Below, in pieces: positions 52,901 through 64,000 of a DNA stretch of 64,000 nt (its first letter is position 1; each line of letters begins with the position of its first letter). This stretch comes from Paraspadella gotoi (taxonomy: Eukaryota; Animalia; Chaetognatha). A model generated the notes under the pieces. It made no database searches, was not told the DNA's origin, and was given only the letters and a program-made list of their open reading frames with translations. The position numbers and the translations under genes were made by a program. Location of the stretch: the NCBI GenBank assembly GCA_051294375.1, contig CM119263.1, positions 14,152,414 to 14,216,413 on the forward strand, in the 5' to 3' direction.

Positions 52901-54843
52901 GGTAATATGAGGGGAAGCAAGGAGGGATAAGTAAAGTAAGTAAAGGGAGTAGGCAACAAAAAGGAAAGGAGAAAGTAAGGTGGTGAAGGCACCTACAAAT
53001 CGCCGATTTAAACAACAGCAAAACAACACACTCACACAAAAAAGTAGACATAAACCAACAGGAAAATAAACAACAATTTAAAATATTAAAAACATCAAAA
53101 ACAACGACGCAATGAATTGGCAGCACAAGAAAAAAAGACATATATTGAGCAAGGGCAAAAAAAAATGGGTCTAAAATGAACCTATCTCGAAAAATGAAGA
53201 TGTTTGAAAACTATTTTTGTTTAAAAGGGAAATTCTTTCGTGGAGAAGCAAACGAAGCACAAGGGAAATCTCGATCACCGACAAAGAGGAACGACGACGA
53301 CGAACAACGACGAACGCACAAAGACGACGAATGGTGACATAAATAATGACGAACATTTTGTTCGCTTGCTTTGTCGTAGTTCGGCGGTCGAGACCGAACA
53401 ATTTTTCGAGCTCTGAATTGTTATTTTATAACTGAGAAAAAAAGTGCGAATTAACACAGGATTAGATCATCGAAATCCTGTTATTGGACGCATCGTCACG
53501 AACGGCCATCGAGTTTTCACTTGTCGGCCGAATTCGCCCCGATCATGATTCCGGGCGTGCAGGCGGTCCGCGGTCTGTGAACCAACATTGTCAGGATTGA
53601 GTCGGTCCGCCTTATAATTCAACTTAAGTCCTAACGTCTTAACGTATGGGCAAGAAAAGTGAAAAAAAAACTAATTTGAAAATTATCTTTCTATCATTCG
53701 CCGATACGTAGCACTAGGCAGAGGAAAATAAAAACTCAAAGTTAATGAGTAGGAAAAATACCTATAGAAGCACAGCAAGACAGGCAAAAACGTATCGCAG
53801 TACCGTTAATTCGTGCCGTCGTCATTTCGATCGTGTCTGAGCCGTCGTCGTGGGCCGGGGTCGTCGTCGTTATCGTCGTCGTTTTAAACAGGCATCCAAA
53901 TTCTGAGAGGGCGGAGTCCCGGCGACAAAGGGACGCGTCACAGACCAGCGCGATTCACTGACTGCAGCTTTATAGGCTGGCACATTTACGGGCAACAGCT
54001 AACTTCCCAATGCTAAAATTGATGTCCGAAGAAAGCACTGTAATAAAAGCTACTTTAATTTAACAAAATGAAAAATTACTCGAGAAAACTGGCGTTTAAA
54101 TATTTATAAACGATATCCATTTCACTTAAAAATAAGATCCATTAGGAAATTGAACCGCAGTTGTGATTTCTGTGAGGGCGAGGGGCGACATTTGGTGAAA
54201 CTTTGGGAAATGGATCCATTCTTATCCTCATCTTCACACGAATGCGAGCGAGTAATAGAGATTTCGTGAGGAGAATCATGGCGAACTGCATTTAACGGCC
54301 GAAGCCCAACGCCCATATGGAAATCCGATAGCATTTGAAAAGAGGCCATTTTTGTCATACGTGCCGATGGTGGACTGGGGAGTGAGGTGAGAATATCGAA
54401 GTGCTTTTGAGAACTTTGAGGTGATAAAAGTTGAAGGGAAATATTAAAATATACAGATGAGCCGTGAAGTATAAGTGGATGAATGATAAGCATAAATGAT
54501 AATGCTGAACATGCTGCAAAAGAAGTTTTGTCAAAAAGTATACTGATGTGAAATGGTAAGGTGAGTCTTTGCTAGGAAGAGATCGAAGAACAATAAGAAC
54601 GAATCTGCAGAACGCGCATGGTGAACCGAAAGAGGAGACGCCGATTCGCATTTCCATTGGCGGCATGCCCATTTGAGAAGAAGGGGAAAAAGAAAATATC
54701 CCTAGAAATTTATTTGTCGCGAAATGTTTTGCTCGAGTTTTCCCTTAATAAACCTGATATATTGGTGTTGTCATGCCGTCCAGATTTTGGAACGTGAGTC
54801 CTCGGCGAAATTAGATCGTTAAAATGTTTTAAAAGGAAAGAGA

Positions 54844-54876
<33 letters not shown>

Positions 54877-54900
54877 TAGAGAGAGAGTAGAGAGAGAAAA

Positions 54901-54939
<39 letters not shown>

Positions 54940-55640
54940 AGGAGAGAGAGAGTGAGAGAGAGAGTGAGAGAGGAGAAGAGAGAAAGGAGTGAGAAGAGAA
55001 TATGATGAGTGATGATGGATGTAGAGAAGCCTAGAAACGAGACAGATGCGACAGCAAGTTCTCTCTAAAGGTAAATATTAAGAAAGGAACGAGAATAGTT
55101 TCGCGCCCTTTCCTCCCTCTCTCTCTCTCGTCTTCTCTCTCTCTCTCTCTCTCTCTCAGTCCTCTCTTTGGCCGGACAAACCTTTTAGTCTCCTCAAATT
55201 TTCGGCGGTCCTCGCACCTTAATTTTATCGACTCCCTTTCGCTTTCCTATTTTCCCTTTTCCTTTCTTTTTTCCTTTTTTTTTCCTGATGTTTAACCTGA
55301 ATCCTGGATTCTGGAATTCCTGCCTCTCCAACGGATTTCTTTTCAAAACTCTCGCCCCCCCCCTCCTCGCCACCCCTCCTCCGTTCTCCGCCTCCTTCGC
55401 TTTGCCGCGAAATCTGCAGCCACCTTGATATTATTCTTTCTTGCTTCTTTTTTTTCTTAGTTTTTACTACTTTTTCTTGGTTTAAAATATAATATAAACA
55501 TTAGGTTTTCATAAATAATTGTCACTTTTCATTTTATTTAATTCTTTATAAATGTAACTTAAAAGCCTTTATATTATTTTTTTTTTCCAATGGAATTTTA
55601 TGTTCGTGTTAATTGAAAATAAATTCAAAATAATCAATTA
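43850..55640 (-). repeat. Right arm of ~11-kb inverted duplication (indel-rich copy, probable assembly artefact)
   Basis: Starts at a 25-N gap; differs from the left arm mainly by 1-2-nt indels; ~11.8 kb vs ~11.0 kb. Confidence 0.95.
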
Positions 55641-58158
55641 GAATGAATCCGAGGGTCATTTAGAACGGAGAGTCCCAACAACGCGCCTCCCCCTCCGCCA
55701 CCCCTCTGCCCACTCGGACTTCCCCTCCCGGCCGGCGCCTCGCGTGCTGGCAAAGTGCTTCCGCGAATCCGTTGGCGACTCCAGTCACGACTTTCCGTCC
55801 GACGAGAATTCTTCCCTTCGACGACGAATAAAAGGACGAATTCGCCCCAAAGACGAGAGTAGAAAAATTAAGGAAATCGGAGGAAGACGGACGAACGGAC
55901 GGACGGACGGACGGACGGACCGTAGGCGAGGCAATTTGTCCTTGTCCTCCGCGTTTTCATGCGGTAATCTCATTGAGACTCCCGCGAAAAAAAAAAANNN
56001 NNNNNNNNNNNNNNNNNNNNNNAAAAAAAAAAGAAACAAAAAAAGAACCCATTGGAAAAACCTAAAACTAAACGCGAAGCGAAAGGAGGAAACGATTTAG
56101 CCAAAACTTTTAGTGTGATGGGCCGACTTTTTGTGGCGAGAGAAATGGGAGACGAGTTTGGATGGAGTAGGGAGGTAGAGGTACTTGGTATGTGATTTGG
56201 AGCAGGAGGACGAGAGCGTGGTCAAACTGGTCATTGTTTGATCTAAAGGTGTGAGTCCAAGTTAGCGGTCGAACGCACCAGACCGACGATGGAAGGGGCG
56301 CCGTATCGCTTTTTTTTTTCTCCAAGATTACGGTAGCGTTTTTGGCAAGAGCGAAGAGTAAGAGAGAGAGTGAGGAGAGTGAGAAGATAGAGAGCGAAGT
56401 GGAGAGAGAGAGAGAGAGAGGCTCATGATTCTTTTCGTTTGGGAGCACGAAAGAGAGAGTAGAGAGACGAACTAGAGACGTTTGAGCAAGAGAATTGAGA
56501 AAGATCTGCGAAATTATAAATTGTGTAGAGAGAGAGGAGAGTCGATGTTGCCAACCTGCAATTTGCAAACGAAAAGAGAGAAGAATAGAAAAAACAAGAT
56601 TGGCTTTAATGGATGACGTTTCATCAGATTTTTTTAAAGCGGTATCAAGCGTCGCTGAAAAAAAAAGGACCATTCTTCGCCGACGCCTACCGACACTTGC
56701 GTGACGTTGGCCCGACGGCAGGGCCAACTCCAACGCCAAAACGTCCAATAGCTGCCGGAGGCGCGGCAGCCGGACTGCCGCACCTATTCATTCTGTTTCC
56801 GCGTTTCAGGATTTTAAGATTAAACCGAATAAAGATGTGAAGGCAGGAAAGGAAAAAAATAGAGCTTTTTTTGTTCTGATTGGCGCCGGCAACGGAGACA
56901 GAGAGGTTGGTGCCGGAGACCCCCAACGAGGCACGCGCCGGCTGCCAGCAGGGGGGAGGGGGGTCGACGGGGAAGAGGTAGGGCCGAGCAGGGGAAGAAG
57001 ACTTGTGGGGTTTCCGTGGCAGAGCTGGACCCGGATGCCGATCGCCAAGACTTTTGATCTCTGACGGCGGAAGGGGTCTCGTTTTTTCAATTCGACGAGA
57101 CCCTTAACGTCGACGACGAGGCAGAGCAAGAGTGATGGAAAACGAATCAGTGATGTGGGTTTCGCCTGGTGTGTACTTTTAGTTCTCCCTCTTCTGTTTA
57201 AAGGGAAAGACGAGGGTATGAGAGGAGGAGACGGAAAGAAAATAAGAGGGGAGAAAAAGAAAAGAAAGAAAATAATAACGATTCGTAAGAAAGAGGGGTG
57301 GACTGATGAAATACAGAGACGGACAGCACGACGACGACGACACCATTAACTCTCTTCCAAACCGTTAATAAACGATTCACTTTTTTTTTCGGTTCCCCCA
57401 CAAAGCCCTGGCGATTGGGTGATCCTCTATCCTGACACCTAAGCTCCGTTAATTTGATTTGAAAAGCCTGAAAATTATGAAGCGGCAACGTCAAGTTGTC
57501 CACGATGAAAAAAAAATTGAAGCCCCTCAACTGATTCAACGCTTTGAGCTGTCAAGGAAGACGTGACAATTAAATTCCGAGTGACTTCTGCCATTGACGC
57601 AATCAATTAATCGAGAATCTAGAATTCAAAATGGCCGACTTTGAATTGTCACGATCTCGCGTTTCACCGAGGCCGGGAAACGTATCGGCTGGTCGCGGGC
57701 AGCGCACCGAGGCGTGCCTGCGCGTTGTCGCACGTCAATGTTTATTTTTATCCTTTTTTTTTGTTGAATAATTGCGCTTAGAAGAAGATAAGGTACATTT
57801 GTTTGCTTCCGTTAGTGATGACGAAGTTACCCTTTAACGCTAATAATATACCTTATAATATACCTAAGTTTAAAATTTGTTTCTTATTTTAGTTTAAACT
57901 ATGAAAATTTCGCTTTTTTCTTCCATTGCACACATTGTGTGCGCATTAATGACTCTTCCGGTGGGGAAAAATCGATTTTCCCGTCGTCGTCTTTTTCGTC
58001 GTCGTCGTCGTCGTTTTTAAAACAATGAAATCTCGATAAGGAGGCGCGGTTGTAGCCATCGATTTCATAATAATCATTTTTCCTAGGCTTTTTTTTTTTC
58101 CGTGTGTGCCAACCGNNNNNNNNNNNNNNNNNNNNNNNNNCACCCACCAGAGAGAGAT

Positions 58159-60055
<1,897 letters not shown>

Positions 60056-60184
60056 AAAAAAAAAAAAAAAAAACCTTTCCGGCTTTTAATTTCCTGGCGT
60101 TTTTCCAAGTCAAATTGCGGCGGGGTTTTTATCGGAGAGAAAACTCGCGATAAAAAATCGATAAAACGGAACGATTTTTGAGCG

Positions 60185-60431
60185 GGTCGTAAGAGCGCCA
60201 GCGGTGATTCGAGATGTTATTTCGATAATGGTGTTTACGCCATAGTAATGGTGGTGATTACGACTGAGGTCACGCTGGTTTCACTGCTCAGGGAAAAAGG
60301 AAAGAAGGAAAAAATAATGAAAAAAAGATGGAACGTGAGCCTCCCAGTTTTATTTACGGAATCTTTTCTCGTTCGATAAATGTATTAGTTCTGCTTTGCG
60401 AGCCATTAGAACCAAACGTTGAACCGCAACT

Positions 60432-60467
<36 letters not shown>

Positions 60468-62123
60468 NNNNNNNNNNNNNNNNNNNNNNNNNNNNNNNNN
60501 NNNNNNNNNNNNNNNNNNNNNNNNNNNNNNNNNNNNNNNNNNNNNNNNNNNNNNNNNNNNNNNNNNNNNNNNNNNNNNNNNNNNNNNNNNNNNNNNNNNN
60601 NNNNNNNNNNNNNNNNNNNNNNNNNNNNNNNNNNNNNNNNNNNNNNNNNNNNNNCACTGTGGCATTTTTATGACGTTGAAGGATTACGCTATCAAAAAAG
60701 GGGAGTCATTTTCCGGACAGAATTTTTCATATGATAAATGGTCTAAATGGGGTTTTGGGACACGAGCCGCATTGGCGGAAATGACGCGAACCTTAAGTGC
60801 CGCCTGGAAACTCTTAGCTTCTCCTGGACAGCGAAAGTGTTGCCCAGAAAATTGGAACCTAAAAGTGGCACCTCGCAGTGAAAAGAATCTGACATTGAAC
60901 GGACAAAAGAGGCCACGAATCAACTTCGTTCGCCCTGTCTAATGTCTTTGGCCCCATTGGCCCCAATTTTGGGNNNNNNNNNNNNNNNNNNNNNNNNNNN
61001 NNNNNNNNNNNNNNNNNNNNNNNNNNNNNNNNNNNNNNNNNNNNNNNNNNNNNNNNNNNNNNNNNNNNNNNNNNNNNNNNNNNNNNNNNNNNNNNNNNNN
61101 NNNNNNNNNNNNNNNNNNNNNNNNNNNNNNNNNNNNNNNNNNNNNNNNNNNNNNNNNNNNNNNNNACAACAGCTGAGGCCAACAGCATCTTTGGCCTCAG
61201 GCGATCAAGGCCGAACAACGTCTTCACCACGAACGGCCGTCTCTCTTCTCAGCGCGAATTCAGTAAAAAGAAAAGAACGAGAGGAAACGTTTTTTCTTTT
61301 TTCTTTCTTCTTTTTCCTTTTTTTATTTCTTCTTTCTTACTTTCTTTCTTTCTTTTTGTTTTGGCATTTGGTTGGATTGTTCGTTTGGGAGTTTCGAACT
61401 TGGCGGGAGGCAGAGGGAGAAAACATAACAACGACGGAAGCAGGTGCTGCCATCTGGCGGAGAGAGAAAACAAAAGGAGATCGCGGGCGGGCGGCCAGGT
61501 TCGGTCGCCAGGATCGTTGGAGAACTAATTTGGATCCGATTCGATTCGATGACTAAATCGAAGGTGGAAGGTGGGGAGTGGGGAGTGGGTGTAGAGGATG
61601 AGGAGTGAGAGGGGGGCGTAATTGTTGGCACATGATTCTTTCGCCCTTTAGTTTAGAAATCTTTCGCCGAGATTTCGATTCCTTTGAACGAGTTTCATTT
61701 GTCTTCGTCGTTGCCTTTTTTTTTGCTTTTTAATTTCGTCGTTGTCCGAAGGCGCTTTCCACTTCAAATTTTCAGTTAAGTTCGCTTCANNNNNNNNNNN
61801 NNNNNNNNNNNNNNNNNNNNNNNNNNNNNNNNNNNNNNNNNNNNNNNNNNNNNNNNNNNNNNNNNNNNNNNNNNNNNNNNNNNNNNNNNNNNNNNNNNNN
61901 NNNNNNNNNNNNNNNNNNNNNNNNNNNNNNNNNNNNNNNNNNNNNNNNNNNNNNNNNNNNNNNNNNNNNNNNNNNNNNNNNNNNNNNNNNNNNNNNNNNN
62001 NNNNNNNNNNNNNNNNNNNNNNNNNNNNNNNNNNNNNNNNNNNNNNNNNNNNNNNNNNNNNNNNNNNNNNNNNNNNNNNNNNNNNNNNNNNNNNNNNNNN
62101 NNNNNNNNNNNNNNNNNNNNNNN

Positions 62124-62159
<36 letters not shown>

Positions 62160-62200
62160 CGTACAGAGCCTCAGATATTTTTTTATTTTTAGTATAAAGG
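60185..62200 (-). repeat. Right arm of ~1.9-kb fold-back inverted repeat (three internal gaps)
   Basis: Matches the left arm out to GTACAGAGCCTCAGATATTTTTTTATTTTTAGTATAAAGG; its gaps fall at or beside the left-arm GA/CT tracts. Confidence 0.93.
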
Positions 62201-64000
62201 TGTTTGATAGATTGAATTTCCTCTCCGGGATAAACAAACAGTACATCATGGTGTTGTTTCGAAACAAAGAAAAAATCAAAACAAAAGGCCAGAGTCCACG
62301 CGCTTTGCGCTCCCTCCGACGGATTCGTCGGACGCTGGCCCATCAACGTCCTCCGATGTTTGATAAAGGTTGCCTTGGTGCGTCACGTTCCTTCCGTTGA
62401 GTCGGAGCGCCTCCTTTCGATGAAGTTTGCTATTTTGTTTTTACCTCCAAAAAAAAATAAATGAAAAAGAAAATCAAAATGAATCACAAGCATGAAATTG
62501 TAGAAGACAAACTTTATTCTCTCGCCTCTTTTCTTTGGGACGTGATACTAGATTATATTATGATTTAAAGACAAACTTCCTTCTTTTCTTTTCTCTTTTC
62601 TTTTATCTATTCCTACCCGCGTGATTTATTTTCTTTTCTCATTTTTTATGGCGTAACAAATTAGCCTTCGTTGCGCGGGCAGGTTTTCTTTTCTCTCTCT
62701 CTCTTTATCTCTCTCTCTCTCTCTTGCACCTTCTTACTCTTTTCTTCTAAACATTTTATGCTCACAATTCTTTAAACCCAACTCTTTACCCGTTTTTTTT
62801 TCTGCTCTTTCTGCTGTTCCGTATATTAAGTATATTCTCCTCTCATTTCCTATTCCACTGTTGCTTTCCACTTTCTCCACTCCAGTAAGTTTTACCCTTC
62901 AACCCGCGACACTTCCATGGCTTTAAAACCCCCTTTAATCCAGCCCCGCCCGGATGTAATTCACTCCATTCACATTCTCTCACTCTCTCGCACGACGCGG
63001 ATTCTCTCTTTTCAATTTTTATCCTTATTTTCGGTCATTCATCTCTGCCTTGGAAATTCCAGCAAATCTTCCGCGCCTCGGAAACCGTCTCCCAAGACGC
63101 ATAAACAACAACAACAACAACGACAACCGCAATGACGACTACAACATACACGATCATAACAACAAAACAAGAAACAGCAGTAAACGTAAATAGCCGGACA
63201 AANNNNNNNNNNNNNNNNNNNNNNNNNCGAGGAAGGAAGTGGAAGTGCAGCAGATCAGAGATCTTCTTCGCTCTCTTCCCGTGATCTTTCTATATGTCAT
63301 ACTCACAAGCACGCTGTGTCGCGAAATGCGCGATGGGGTAGAAAGATCCGCGTGAATGTTTAATACGGGCCCACTCCACCCGGAAGGAAGAGAGGCTGCG
63401 CGGGGGGGATGCACCAAGGAGACTTCGAGACGGGCACATACACGCAAGCCCTCGCCCGAATCTCCCCCGGTTGTTCCTTTCCTGCCTATTTTTCCCCCTC
63501 TCGGTTTTTTCCTTCTGCAGCCCAGTCCCGCGGGGCCGGGGAATCTCTGCCCCCTGAGATTTCCCACCCCTTCCTCCCCCACTGCACGATTAGTTTATGG
63601 GGAGTTTTTTCCCCGGTTACGTTCTTGACTGTTGTTTTACCGACGGAAGCTGGGTAAAATAGAAAATGTCAGCCTTACTTTTTCCACCGTCCCTCGCAAG
63701 GGGAGAAGATCTCAGTCTCTCTCCCTTCTCTTCCCGCTCTCTCTGCCTCTCTGTCTCTCTCTTATCTCTCCTCTCTCTCGTCTCGTCATCTCTCGGTTCT
63801 CTCTCTCGGTAATCTCTCTCTCGGGTCTAAGAGGCGTGGCGTCTCCCTCCCGCGCCTTTTTCCGGGGTTTAAACTTAACGGGCGATAATTCCCTTGGAGA
63901 TTTCCATCGCTTGTGAGAGACAAAAGAGGGAAATGGGAGAGGAGGGGGGTGTTTCGGTGAGCAGGAAGTGAATGGGGGAAATGTGAGACTGAAAATCTAA

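Noticed and set aside
43850-55640. Treating the inverted copy as paralogous genes or pseudogenes
   Set aside because: Neither arm contains a supported gene, and the differences look like sequencing indels.

Overview
Draft-assembly window of a eukaryotic, probably invertebrate-animal genome: AT-rich yet CpG-rich, very dense in (GA)n, (AAAG)n and (GAC)n microsatellites, with eight N-gaps. I can support only one protein-coding gene, a minus-strand SLC16/monocarboxylate-transporter-family MFS carrier (coding exons 28315-27861 and 27480-26328, 380-bp GT-AG intron, 535 aa). Its C-terminal tail is read out of a (GA)n microsatellite and its TM8 acidic residue is replaced by Asn. Just upstream (28.9-29.9 kb) are two small elements with tRNA-like heads, one nested inside a fold-back palindrome that has its own 13-bp target-site duplication. 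About 27 kb of the right half is two large inverted duplications (~30741-41780 / ~43850-55640 and ~58159-60055 / 60185-62200) whose error pattern and gap placement suggest long-read assembly artefacts rather than biology. The rest is non-coding, with several promoter/enhancer-like motif clusters, a hairpin-unit minisatellite and a weak homeobox-like vestige. Nearly all listed ORFs are microsatellite by-products. I found no convincing novel multi-gene system; the nested tRNA-like/fold-back elements and the microsatellite-framed transporter are the best leads.
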